A DNA stretch of 64,000 nt from Mobula hypostoma (taxonomy: Eukaryota). Shown here in pieces: positions 47,586 through 59,599 of the stretch. Numbering within the stretch: the stretch's first letter is position 1; each line of letters begins with the position of its first letter. Below the pieces are notes generated by a model. That model was not told where the DNA came from. It saw nothing but the letters and a program-made list of their open reading frames with translations, and did not search any database. Location of the stretch: contig NC_086108.1 of the NCBI RefSeq assembly GCF_963921235.1, positions 104,472,001 to 104,536,000 on the forward strand, in the 5' to 3' direction. The translations under genes and the position numbers were made by a program.

Positions 47586-49588
47586 TTGTATCTACTGAGA
47601 ATGTCCACAAGAAAATTAATCAAAGGGTAGTGCATGCTAATATATTAATAGTTAAATAATAAATTTATTTTGAACTTTGAATTTAAACTATTTTGTTGTT
47701 ATTTTGGGTGATATTGATTGGGGTGGTCTGAAGATAATGAATGACATAGCTCTTGATTGAACTAGAACTGAGTTGAATTGAATAGGCCTGAAATCTCTCA
47801 ATTTTGTGTTTTATATTCTGTTTTTCCCTCGTTTTTTGCCACTTGCATGATTTACTTTTTTTGTGCGTTGATGTTTTTCTTTGAATGAGTTCCATTTTTT
47901 TCTTTGTTTCATGGCTATCTGTGGGAAGACGAATCTCAGGGTTGTATATTGCATATATACTTCGATAATAATTGTACTTTGAGTCTTTGAATCTTCAAAG
48001 TTCAAAGTAAATTTTATTATGTAAGTTCATATATGTCACCATGTGACATGCAGTTTGGCATTTGATTGAAATTCTGCTGTCCTTGGGGAGGACCAGGAGC
48101 ACGAGCTGCCTCATGAAGAAGACCAGAGACCATGACCGACTCCATTTTGAAGCGTCAAGGAAGACTGAAGCATCAAGGTGAATGCAGAGGAGGTCAACGG
48201 TCACTCTCCACGGTGGCCACGGGGTTGATGGTAGGCGGTAGCTGAGTTGGCGCGGTGTTTTGGATTTGGCATGGCGGTCGCTCTTCAGGGAAAAACTGAG
48301 TTTGTTCAGCCACTCTCCTGAATGCTGATGAGAGGATGTTTTCTAAGTTCTGAAACTGATGTGGTTACTGGACTGTAGTTGATATTGGTCTCCTTCAGTT
48401 TTCTCCGTTTTCTTTCTTGTTGCTGATTGGCAGGTGGGCGATACTTTTTACACGAAATAGGAGTAGAGGATTTGGGGTCTGATGTTCTTATTGGTGTTTT
48501 TCTGTGTGGGCGATCTGCTAGTTTTTGTGTGTGAGAGAGAGGTTGGGGGGGGTTTGACGCTATTGTCGATTGTCTTTCTTTGAGAGGGAGGGGGTGGGGG
48601 TTTGACGTTACTCACTGTCTTTTTGTGAGGGAGGGTGGTTGGGCATTTGGGGTTTGATGTTCTAGCTGCTGTTTTCTGGGTGTTTGATCTGTTAGTTTTT
48701 GTGTGAGGGAGGAGGTTGGAGGTTTGGGGGTTGCTAGTTTTGTTTCTTATTCTTTTTCTTTTTTGTGCATGGGGGGGTTAATGTCTTTTCTTTCAACAAC
48801 ACCCATGGTTTTCTGTATTTCTTGGCTATCTGGAGAAGACACATATCAGAGTTGTATTGTACATGGATAGTTTAACAATAAAATGAACCTTTGAACCTTT
48901 AAATCATTTATAACTTTGAGATACATTTTCCTGTGGGCATACTCAGCAAATCTATAGAATAGTGACTATAACAGGATCAATGAAAGATCAACTGGAGTGC
49001 AGAAAACAACAAACTGTGCAATTGCTAATATGAATAAATAGCAATAAATAATGAGAACATGAAATAACAAGATAAAGATTCCTTAAGGTGAGATCATTGG
49101 TTGTGGGAACATCTCAATGGATGGGCAAGTGAGTGTAATTATCACCCTTTGTTCAAGAGCCTGATGGTTGTGGGATAGTAACTGATCTTGAACCTGGTGG
49201 TACGTTCTACCTGATGGCAGCTGTGTGAAAAGAGAATGGCCCAGGTGAAGAGGATCTCTGATGATGGATGCTGCTTTCGTATGACAGTATTTCATGTAGA
49301 TATGCTCAGTGGTTGGGAGGGCTTTACCCATGATGTACTGATCTGAATCCACTACCTTTTGTAGGATTTTCCATTCAAAGGCTTTGGTGAATCTAGTCCA
49401 AGTTTTGAACAAGGCCATGGTAAATGGGATGTTATTGGTGGTATATAAAACTAAGCACCAATGTATAGGTGTTGGGTGAATAAGTGGCACCTACCTTCTC
49501 TTCAGGCATGATTCACACTGAACCATTGGCAGTAGTAACGAGATGGAATAAATCAACACAATAACTCAAATCTTGGAAACCTACTTAC

Positions 49589-49750
49589 CTATTGGTATGC
49601 AATGGAAACTATAGTTGATTGGGACAGTCTTAACTCGTGAACATCCATGATCACAATCCACTATTTGTTCCGTTGAGTAGCATTGTGTCTCTTTCCCAAG
49701 TATTTTGACTGGCTTATCGAGTTTCACACGTTGTTTTATTAGTTTACAGG
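49589..49750 (-). CDS. vtg: Vitellogenin penultimate exon (C-terminal Cys-rich region)
   Basis: Branch-like ctaac, acceptor tttttgcag|, donor |gtaagt, 162 nt. Encodes (T)CKLIKQRVKLDKPVKILGKETQCYSTEQIVDCDHGCSRVKTVPINYSFHCIPI, matching Vtg C....VKL.K.....G.E..CYS.E....C..GC....T......FHC.P. Confidence 0.93.
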
Positions 49751-49789
49751 CTGCAAAAATGGTAAAGCAAGAGTTAGATAATGACTCTA

Positions 49790-50046
49790 CCATGGACAGT
49801 CCCAAGCCCGGCTGCAAAAGAAGGAGGGTCAGACATGGGGCTAGCAACTGTAAAAACCCAGTGCAACAGAAACAGCAACAGGTTCTCCAAAGATCTCATT
49901 CCTGGGAGAAGGAGGATCTTCGCCTGAAGATGTTGGCGTCATGCGGTGAAAGCAGAAGCTACAGGGCTGAGCAAACTTTGGCCCAGGACTGAGGACTCTG
50001 GCAAGTTGCTGTCGGCAGCCTATGCCCAGTCGGGATGATGGCTTAG
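49790..50046 (+). mobile_element. Short RTE-derived non-autonomous element
   Basis: cccaagcccgg...ggggctagcaac...taaaaac RTE 5'UTR-like part fused to an RTE 3'-end remnant (LAQD*GLWQVAVGSLCP). Confidence 0.5.
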
Positions 50047-50272
50047 GGAGGAAGAGGGAACAAGAATTAAATATGAACACATTGAAGGCCAGTTCTTTCT
50101 GACGGCTGTGAAGTCAGGGTGTGGATAGGTGTTTGAGCAGGAAGCCATGTTGTTACCTCCCCTTGGTGTTCCCAGACTCAGATGAAGCATAATGAAATGA
50201 GATATTAACGGCGGGACCAGTGATGGAAGCCATCAGAGAGGAATGTGATTCATAGTGTCATACACCATGGAA

Positions 50273-50561
50273 GTGTGGGCATGTGGCCAAGTGGTTAAGG
50301 CATTGGACTAGTGACCTGAAGATCTTGAGTTCGAGCTCCAGCCTTGAGCAAGGCACGTAATCACACATTGCTCTGCGACGACACTGGTGCCAAGCTGTAT
50401 GGGTTCTAATGCCCTTCCCTTGGACAACATTGGTGTCGTGGAGAGGGGAGACTTGCAGTATGGGCAACTGCTGGTCTTCCATACAACCTTGCCCAGGCCT
50501 GCGCCCTGGAGAATGAAGACTTTCCAGGCGCAGATCCATGGTCTCGCAAGACTAATGGATG
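50273..50561 (+). mobile_element. tRNA-headed SINE with an RTE-derived tail, 8-bp TSD
   Basis: A box tggccaagtgg and B box gagttcgagc. Tail shared with 20171-20218. TSD ccatggaa at 50265-50272 and 50562-50569. Confidence 0.85.
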
Positions 50562-52264
50562 CCATGGAAATAGGCCATTCAGCCCATCATTCCCTTTAGC
50601 TGGGAAGAACATAGGGGGGATTCATGAGGATGTTACCAGGTCTTGAGGGGCTGTCTTGTGGAGAGAGCATTCTTTGGAGCGTAGGAGAATGGCCAATATA
50701 GATTGGGCGTGGAGAACATGTTTCCGGTAGTTGGAGAGTCTAGAACCAGAGGACCAGCCTCCAAATGAAAGGGTGCCCCTTTAGAACAGAGAAGAATATA
50801 GAACATAGAACAGTACAGCTCAGGAACAGGCCCTCCGGCCCACAATGTTGTGAATAACCAAATAAATTAGTAATCAAATGGCCAACTAAACTAATCCCTT
50901 CTGCCTAAACAATGTCCAGGTCCTTACATTTTCCTCATATTCATGTGCCTAGCTAAACATCTCTTAAAAGTCCTTAATATTTCTGTCTCTACTAACCCCA
51001 CCCCCAGGCAGTGCATTCCAGGCATCCACCACTCTCTGTATACCCCTCACATCCTCTTTGATATTGCCCTTTCTCACTTTAAATGCATGCCCTCTGGTAT
51101 TAGATATTTCGACCCTGGGAAAAATGAGGAGGAATTTTGTTAGCCAGAGGATGGCGAATCTGTGGAATTCATTGCCACAAATGGCTGTGGAGGCCAAGTC
51201 ATTGGGTATATTTAATGCAGAGTCTCATAGGTTCCTGATTTGTAAGGGTGTCAATGGTATGGGGAGAAGGCAGGAGAAGGGGATGGAGAAGGAAATTAGT
51301 CATGAGTTAATGGCAGAGCAGACTCTACAGCTAAATGATTTAATTCTGCACCATATTAGTGCTGGAATTTGGCGATACTTATGTGCTGTCCCCAGCTCAT
51401 CCTCGAACTGTGTTGGCCATTGATGCAAATGATGCGGTTTACTGTATGTTTTGATGGTTTGATGTACATGTGATAAATAAAGCTAATCTTATGACCTGTA
51501 GTTTTAGACTTCCCCTCCCTGAGGTAAAAAAACCGTGATCCAAGATGGCACCAGCGACCAACACGACTAATGGTGTCGTCTTGCAGAGAGCTCACGAAAT
51601 GACTTCCTCTTCTTCTTTTAGATATTCCTCTACTACTAACCTGTGTGCGATTGGAGCCTGCATTTTACCTTACAATGTGTTTTTAGGCTGGTGGAGTGAT
51701 CTGGCGCTTTTGCTGTATCTGAGAGAATTCCGCGTGGTGGAGAGCGAGGTTGGGAATGGAGGGCGTGGCCTAATGGCAGAGCCCAACCCAAGATCAGCGG
51801 CAATTTTTCATCAACTCGCCGATTGAAGCATTGGGCATGTTCGACGTCAACTGGGATGAAAGTGGAAGGTGAGCAGGTGTTTAGCGCCGTCTGCCCGCGT
51901 TTAATCGATCTTTCTCTCCCTCTCGTTTGGTGCTGCCAAGGGACGGTGTAGAAGTCTTGAGTATTGGGGAAGGTTTGATTGGCGCAGTTTGTGGATTTGA
52001 CTAACTTTTAGGGGACTCTGCAGTTCATGTTATAAGTGTTCCTGGTTTCTGCTTACTTCTTATTTTAATTGCTATATTCTGAGATTGTGATTGGGGCAGA
52101 CTACAGTCAACAAACGACACAACACTTAAAATGAACTGTACTGAATGAAACTGAACATTTCTAGACTGTTTCAAGGACTGTTTGAATTTGATGTTTAATA
52201 TTCTGTGTATTATTCAGTCATTTTTTTTTGCCATTTGTATGATTTGTCCTTGTTTAGGGCTTTG

Positions 52265-54912
52265 GATGTTTGATGGTATCAGAAAGTACCTGGCAAGTGT
52301 GGATTGGGACAGGCTGTTTTCTGGCAAAGGTATACTTGGTAAGTGGGAGGCCTTCCAAAATGAAATTTCGAGAGTATAAAGCTTGTACATGCTTGTCAAA
52401 ACAAGAGATAAAAATAACAGGTTCAGGGAACCTGGATTTTCAAGAGATATTGAGGCCCTGGTTAAGAGAGAAATGAGGTGAATAGCAAGAATAGGCAGGG
52501 AGGAAAAAATGAGGTACTTATGAAGTATAAGAAATGCAAGAGAACACTTAAGAAAGAAACCAGGAAGGCTAAAAGACGGCATGGAGTTACTCTAGCAAAC
52601 GAGATGAAGGAGAATCCTAAGGAATTCTACAGCTACGTTAAGAGCAAAAGGATTCCTAAGGACAAAGTTGCTTCTCTGAACGACCAGAATGGTAATCAAT
52701 TTGCAGAGCCAAAGCTGATGGGAGAGATTTTAAATGCATTCTATGCATCTGTATTTATGCAGGAGATGGATACGGAGTCTATAGAAGTGAGGCAAAGTGA
52801 CATCAACTTCATGGACCCCGTACAGATTACAGAGGAGGAGGTGTTTGCTACCCTGAGGCAGATCAGGGTGGATAAATCCCCAGGGCCTGACAAGGTGTTC
52901 CCTTGGACCCTACAGGATACAAGAGCAGAAATTGCCGGGGCCCTAGCAGAGATAATTAAGCTATCCTTAGTGACAGCAGAGGTTCCAGAGGATTGGAGTA
53001 TAGCTGATCACAAACAAGTGAAAATCTGCAGATGCTGGAAATCCAAACACCATACACAGATGCTGAAGGAAATCAGCAGGCTAGTCAGCATCAATGGAAA
53101 ATGTACAGTCAATGTTCCGGGCTGAAACCCTTTGAGGAAGTTACCAAGAAAGTGGATGAAGGCAAAGCAGTGGATGTTGTCTACATGGACTTTAGTAAGG
53201 CATTTGACAAATATAGAAAATAGGTGCAGGAGTAGGCCATTCGGTCCTTCGAGCCTGCACCGCTATTCAGTACGATCATGGCTGATCATCCAACTCAGAA
53301 CCCTGTACCTGCCTTCTCTCCATACCCCCTGATCCCTTTAGCCACAAGGGCCTTATCGAACTCCCTCTTAAATATAGCCAATGAACTGGCCTCAACTGTT
53401 TCCTGTGGCAGAGAATTCCACAGATTCACCACTCTCTGTGTGAAGAAGTTTTTCCTCATCTCGGTCCTAAAAGGCTTCCCTTTTATCCTCAAACTGTGAC
53501 CTCTCGTTCTGAACTTCCCCAACATTGGGAACAATCTTCCTGCATCTAGCCTGTCCAATCCCTTTAGGATTTTATACGTTTCAATAAGATCCCCCCTCAA
53601 TCTTCTAAATTCCAGAGAGTATAAGCTGGCTGATCCAGTCTTTCATCATATGAAAGTCCTACCATCCCAGGAATCAATCTGGTGAACCTTCTTTGTACTC
53701 CCTCTATGGCAAGAATATCTTTCCTCAGATTAGGGGACCAAAACTGCACACAATACTCTAGGTGTGGTCTCACCAAGGCCTTGTACAACAAGGTCCCTCA
53801 TGGGAGGTTGGCCAAGATGATTCAGTCACTCAGCATTCAGGACGAGGTAGTAGATTGGATTAGAGATTGATTTTATGGGAAAAGCCAGAGAGTGATGGTA
53901 GAGGGTTTGCCTCTGACTGGAGGCTTGTGACTAATGGTGTACAGCAGGAATGGGTGCTGGGTTCTTTGTTTGAAAACTATAACAATAATCTGGATGATAA
54001 TGTGGTTAACTGGATTAGCAAGTTTGTGGATGACACCAAGATTGAGGGTGTAGTGGACAGTGAGGAAGACTAGCGTGGCTTGTAGAGGGATCTGCATCAG
54101 CTGAAAAAATGGGCTGAAAAATGGCCAATGGAATTTAATGCAGACAAGTGTGAGGTTTTAAACTTCAGTAGGACCAACCAGGATAGGTCTTACACAGTGA
54201 ACAGTAGGACACTGAGAAGTGTGGTAGAACGAAGTGATCTGCAAATACAGGTACATAATTTGTTGAAAGTGGTATCATAGGGTGATAGATTGTAAAGAAA
54301 GCTTTTGGCACATAGGCCCTCATAGATCAATGTATTGAGTACAGAAATGAGATACTATGTTGAAGTTGTTTAAGATGTCGGTGAGGCCTAATTTAAAGTA
54401 CTGTGTGCAGTTTTAGTCACCTACCTACACAAAATATGTAAACAAGTTTGAAAGAGTGCAGAGAAAGTTTATAAGGATGTTGCTGGGTCTGGAGGACCTG
54501 AGTTATAAGGAAATATTGAATAGGTTAGGACTGTATTTTTTAGAATGTAGAAGATTGAGCGGAGATTTGATAGAGGTATACAAAATTATGAAGGGTACAA
54601 TTAGGGTAAATGCAAGCAGGCTTTTTCCACTGAGGTTGTGTGGGACTACACCTAGAGATCATGGCTTAAGGGTGAAGAGTGAGAAGTTTAAGGGAAACAT
54701 GAGGGGGGAATTCTCAGAGAGTTGTGAAAGTGTGAAATGAGTTGCCAGCACATGTGAGCTCGATTTCAATATTTAAGGGAAGTTTGGTTAGGTACTTGGA
54801 TGGCTATGGTCCTGGTGCAGGTCTATGGGAGTAGGTAGTTTAAATGGTTTTGGCATGGACTAGATGGGCCAAAGGGCCTGTTTCTGTGCTGTACTTCTCT
54901 ATCACTCTATGT
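52265..54912 (+). mobile_element. Old CR1 ORF2 with a nested PLE terminus (~53010-53130, minus) and a young CR1 (~53212-53786, minus)
   Basis: ORF 52478..53125, VYMDFSKAFDK | KVPHGRL split by the young CR1, KFVDDTK, and a tail at ~54900. The young copy closely resembles 27880-28460. Confidence 0.82.
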
Positions 54913-55203
54913 TTTCCTTGAATGGGATCTCTGGCGTTTCTTTGTTTTGTGGCTGTCTGCGGGAAGACAAATCTCAGAGTTGTATACTGCATGCATACTT
55001 TGATAATAAATATACTTTGAATCTCTGATCTCATAATCCCCAAAAATGAATGCCAGGTTTCTCCTTAGCTGTTCCTGCTTAATAGATATTTTAAATGCGG
55101 GAGATATTTAGCTTATCAGACTGTATCATTGGAGTGAAGTCGTGTTAATGATTCAAGTCCACAGTGCTTCATCAGAACCAGATAACATAAGTGAACTTCT
55201 TAC

Positions 55204-55363
55204 TGTCATTGCACTGTTCTCTGGGTATGAGCCAAGAGTGTGTGAACTTGAGAATCTCCTTGGTTTTACGTCGGTTTGGTTGCTGATATTCGTTACTCCC
55301 TTGGGTGCTGCCTTGCCCGCATAATCCGCAAGTGGTCCCAATTATCGATGGCATTGCGGTCAC
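55204..55363 (-). CDS. vtg: Vitellogenin exon carrying the VWD TCGLCG motif, 3rd from last
   Basis: Acceptor ccttaaccag|, donor |gtaaga, 160 nt. Encodes VTAMPSIIGTTCGLCGQGSTQGSNEYQQPNRRKTKEILKFTHSWLIPREQCND, with Vtg motifs TCGLCG, EY..PN and HSW. Lies within ORF 55172..55363. Confidence 0.93.
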
Positions 55364-56159
55364 CTGGTTAAGGCAGGTAAAGAGAAATCAGAATCAGGGA
55401 AGCTTAGTCAAATCATTCCACCTCCTTCATTATGGTTCAAGTTCCTTTTTACTGTCATTTAACAATAGACATGTATACGGCTAAACAAAACATTGTTCTT
55501 TTGAGGCCAAAGTGCAAAGCACATAATACATACAGTCACACACATCACAGGTAGTTACGATTCAGCACATACAGTCACTAAATAATATTAGCACAAGTCT
55601 CTGAGTGGCATGGAATGAAGATCGACAGGTTGGCATAAAGTGCGAGGTGCATGTTTGTGTAAGACAGGATAATGTTACTGGCACTATTATAATAAAAAAG
55701 CAGATATATAAATATGTGAAACAGCAGCAATAAAAGATAAAAAGTGACCGGTGCAGGATGAGAGTTGAAGGGTGTGGGGGTGGGGGTGTGGTGTTAGGGC
55801 ATACAGACAGGGTGTACTTGTGTGCTGGGTAGCTGCAGAGTGTTAAGAAATCTAACACCCTAGGGGAAGAAGCTATTACCCAGCCTGACAGTTCTGTTCT
55901 TATACAGTGGTACCTTCAGCTTGACGGTAGGAGGTCAATGAAATCTCCTTGCCCAGTCATGGTGTTCTCAGTCTTTGAGTTGTAGGACAGAAACAGGCCC
56001 TTCAGCCCAACTTTTTCCTGCTGACCATTGTCCTTCAAGTCATGTTGAGTTTATTGTCATGTGTGCAAGTACAATGATGTACAGGTCGAACCACAGCAGC
56101 ATCATGGGCCCAAACGTACAGGCTACATTCAGAGTCAAGGGCAACATCATGGGCAAGTA

Positions 56160-56760
56160 GGTACAGACCACACACTGAATCACGGGCAGACGGGTACAGA
56201 CCACACACTGAATCACAGGCAGATAGATAGAGACCTATCTGCCTGTTGGCACGTGGCCAAGTGGTTAAGGCGTTCATCTAGTGATCTGAAGGTCACTAGT
56301 TCGAGCCTTGGCTGAGGCAGCGTGTGTGTCCTTGAGCAAGGCACTTAACCACACATTGCTCTGCAACGACACTGGTGCCAAGCTGTATGGGTCCTAATGC
56401 CCTTCCCTTGGACAACATCGGTGGCGTGGAGAGGGGAGACTTGCAGCATGGGTAACTGCCGGTCTTCCATACAACCTTGCCCAGGCCTGCGCCCTGGAAA
56501 CCTTCCAAGGCGCAAATCCATGGTCTCACTAGACTAATGGATGCCTATAGAAGGTAGAGACCACACACTGAATCACAGGGAGACAGGTACAGTCTACACA
56601 CTGAATCACAAGCAGACAGGTACAGACCACATACTGAATCACGGGCAGGTTGGTATAGACTACACAGAAAATCAATGCCTTCATCATAGGCAAATAGGTA
56701 CAGACTACACACAGAATCATGGGCATCATCATGGGAATATAGGTACAGACTATACAGAAA
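56160..56760 (+). repeat. 33-bp minisatellite interrupted by a SINE
   Basis: Unit ggtacagaccacacactgaatcacgggcagac(a/g) starts at 56160, 56193, 56553, 56586, 56619 and 56652, followed by degenerate copies. Confidence 0.88.
56246..56546 (+). mobile_element. Second copy of the tRNA/RTE SINE
   Basis: Colinear and highly similar to 50273-50561. Confidence 0.85.
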
Positions 56761-57321
56761 ATAATTTTTACATAAATATATATTGAATTACACTCAGTGT
56801 ACACTATATGGCTGCCTGTACACCTGCTTGTTAATGCAAATATACAATCAGCCAATCATGTAGCAGCAACTCATTGCATAAAAGCATACTTGCATGGTCA
56901 AGAACAGACATCAGAATGAGGAAGAAATGTGATCTAAGTGACTTTGTGGAATGATTGTTGGTGCCAGATGGGGTGGTTTGAGTATCTCAGATACTGTTGA
57001 TCTCCTGAGATTTTCACGCACCATAGTCTCTAGATTTTACAGAGAATGTGCATAAAACAAAAATAAACCTTCAGTAGCTGAAAGGTCAGGACAACATCGT
57101 TGGCCAAAAGGCCTGCACTTTGCTTTAGTGTTTTACGCTTTCAATTAAATAAAAAATCCCCCACTTGCCACATTGGGATTTGAACTCTGGTCATCACAAT
57201 GCTTTTTCAGCCACATAACCAGCACAACATTGGCATAACCAGCATGCTACCTTTTCCCATACAGAAACAGGTTGATCTGTGTTTATCTGTAATCAAGGTT
57301 ACCCCATGAAATACTTAGCAC

Positions 57322-57416
57322 CTTAATCATTTTGCCATCGAAGAAGAGACCTTCAAGGCCGAGTTCAGGGCCTTTTATCTTCAGACCATTGTCACTCCGC
57401 TCAATGGACAAGGACC
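57322..57416 (-). CDS. vtg: Vitellogenin exon, 4th from last
   Basis: Acceptor ttgttacttgcag|, donor AAG|gtgcta, 95 nt. Phase 1 in, phase 0 out, as both neighbours require. Encodes (R)SLSIERSDNGLKIKGPELGLEGLFFDGKMIK (Vtg 'G....AP..GL....FD....K' region). Confidence 0.88.
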
Positions 57417-57953
57417 CTGCAAGTAACAAGGTTGCCATCAACATTAGCGAGATGTACTGGGTTGTGCCCAGAGAGTAGACGCATTGAGTTTGTTTTTGCT
57501 ATTTAGAGATAGATACAGCACTGTAATGGGATCTCCCATCAGGCCCACACCTCCCAATTACACCCATGTGATTAAGTAACCCACTAACCGGTATGTCTTT
57601 GGAATGTGTGAGGAAACCCGAGCACCCGGAGGAAACTCATGCAGCCATAGGGAGAACGTATAAACCCCTTTTAGACAGCAGTAGAATTGAAACCGAGTCA
57701 CTAGGGCTAATGGCTACACTACTACTGTGAGAGCGAATATGATTTGAGCCAAATTATTGTTGTTGATACATACATAACAAGTTATAGAAATTCACAACAA
57801 ACACTTTTCAGAATGGAAATTTTGGTTCAAAGATTTGTTATTTAACCTTGTTTTAAATTAACATTATTTTGTCTTTTATTTTTATGTTTGCACTTTTTTC
57901 CATTGTGAAGTACTTTGAACTACATTGTTTATATGAAAAATTCTGTAGAATTA

Positions 57954-58090
57954 AGTCCTGAAGAAGGGTCTCAGCCTGAAACGTCAGCTGTTTACTCTTT
58001 TCCATAGATACTGCCTGACCTGTTGAGATCCTCTAGCATTTATGTGTGTTGCTTCTGATTTCCAGCATCTGCAGACTTTCCCGTGTTTGT
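57954..58090 (+). mobile_element. Solo Penelope terminus with a hammerhead core
   Basis: agtc-CTGAAGA-agggtctcagcct-GAAAC-GTC-agct, then the conserved ctgcctgacctg...ccagcatctgcaga end. Confidence 0.75.
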
Positions 58091-58587
58091 AAGTTATTAT
58101 TATTGTTATTGTAATTATTATTAAAGAATTTCTGTGAACACGTTGAATAAAAGTTGGTTAGCACAATGCTGTTTCAGCTTGGGGTGTCACAGTTCGGAAT
58201 TCAATTCCAGTTTCCACTGTAAGAAGTTTGTACGTCTTCCCCCTGTGTGCGTGGGTTTCCTCCCAAAGTCCAAGGAAGTACCATGAAGTAGGTTAATTAG
58301 TCATTGTAAACTGTCCTGTGATTGGGCTCGGGTGGCAGAGCACAGTAATATATCTTGTGAAAGTGACTTACAAGACAGTGCTTTATGGTTGTGTAAGGAA
58401 CAAATGCATTGTGCCCATATGGTAGTAAATGTGACCAGGACCATGGTGTCAAACAGCAATGGGAAGAGGGGCAGGTGTACACTTAGTGGACACTTTACTA
58501 GTTATATTTAACATGGAGGTTGATAGGTTATTGGTTAGTAAGGGCTGTGAAGGTTATGGGCAGAAGATGGGGTTGAGAGGGATTATA

Positions 58588-59132
58588 CCCTCAGTAGCCA
58601 CTTTATTAGGTACACCTGTTCACTAATACAATTATCTAATCAGCCAATCACGTGGCAAAAACTCAATGCATAAAAGCACGCAGACATGGTCAAGAGGTTC
58701 AGTTGTTGTTCAGACGAAATACCAAAAGGGGAAGAAATGTGATCTAAATGACTTTAATCATGGAACTATTGTTGGTGCCACATGGGATGGTTTGAGTATT
58801 TTAGAAGCTGCTAATCTCCTGGGATTTTTACTCACAACAGTCTCTAGAGTTTACAGAGAATGGTGCGAGAAACAAGAACATCCAGTGAGTGGCAGTCCTG
58901 TGGGCAAAAATGCCTTTTCAGTGAGAGGGGTCAGAGGAGAATGGTGAGGCTGGTTCAAGCAGACGGGAAGGCAACAGTAACTCAGATAAACACACACACT
59001 GTAACAGTGGCGTGCAGAAGAGGATTTCCAAACATACAGCGTGTCGAACCTTGAAGTGGTTGGGCTACGGCAGCAGAAGATCATGACTCTGTGACCATCC
59101 TAGGAGGTATCTAATAAAGTGGTCACTGAGTA
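58588..59132 (+). mobile_element. Non-autonomous Tc1-like DNA transposon (partial relative at ~56790-57060)
   Basis: TIRs ccctcagtagccactttattaggta and tatctaataaagtggtcactgagta, flanked by TA. Encodes only the transposase N-terminal HTH (KKCDLNDF..GTIVGA..GLSI.EAA.LLGF..TTVSRVYREW). Confidence 0.85.
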
Positions 59133-59599
59133 TATTTGTCTCATATGTACCATAGGTATTGTCCACACCACTTGAATCATGCCCTGTTGTTACCTAGAGG
59201 ACTTCCTCTTGCCAAGAGATACTTGGTCACTTATCGTTCCCTGTCAGTCACCTTATGTTCAGACACTCTTGCATCTAGCATCACTTTATGTACTGTATAT
59301 ACAGTCTATGTATACAAGTTAAACTTGTGTATATACGACTGCATTCAACAGTTATTTTTACACCACATTTTAAAAGGTTGCTTTTATATTTATATTTATT
59401 GTTTTTATGCTAATTATGTTTTTAATACTGCATCAGATCTGATTAACAATCATTACTATCTCCTTCATTCTCGTGTACTGAAGAACTGCAATAAATAATC
59501 TTGAATGCACAGAGTAACACACACAAAATGCTAGAGGAACTCAGCAGGTCAGGCAGTGTCTATGGGGAGGAATAAAAAGTTGACGCTTCATTCATAACC

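Noticed and set aside
50277..50345. Possible tRNA genes (also 56248-56312)
   Set aside because: A and B boxes are present, but the sequence continues into a shared SINE body and LINE tail with a TSD. These are SINE heads.
56160..56760. Regularly spaced ~33-bp repeats resembling a CRISPR array
   Set aside because: Units are head-to-tail with no unique spacers, there are no cas genes, and the context is a eukaryotic intron. It is a minisatellite.
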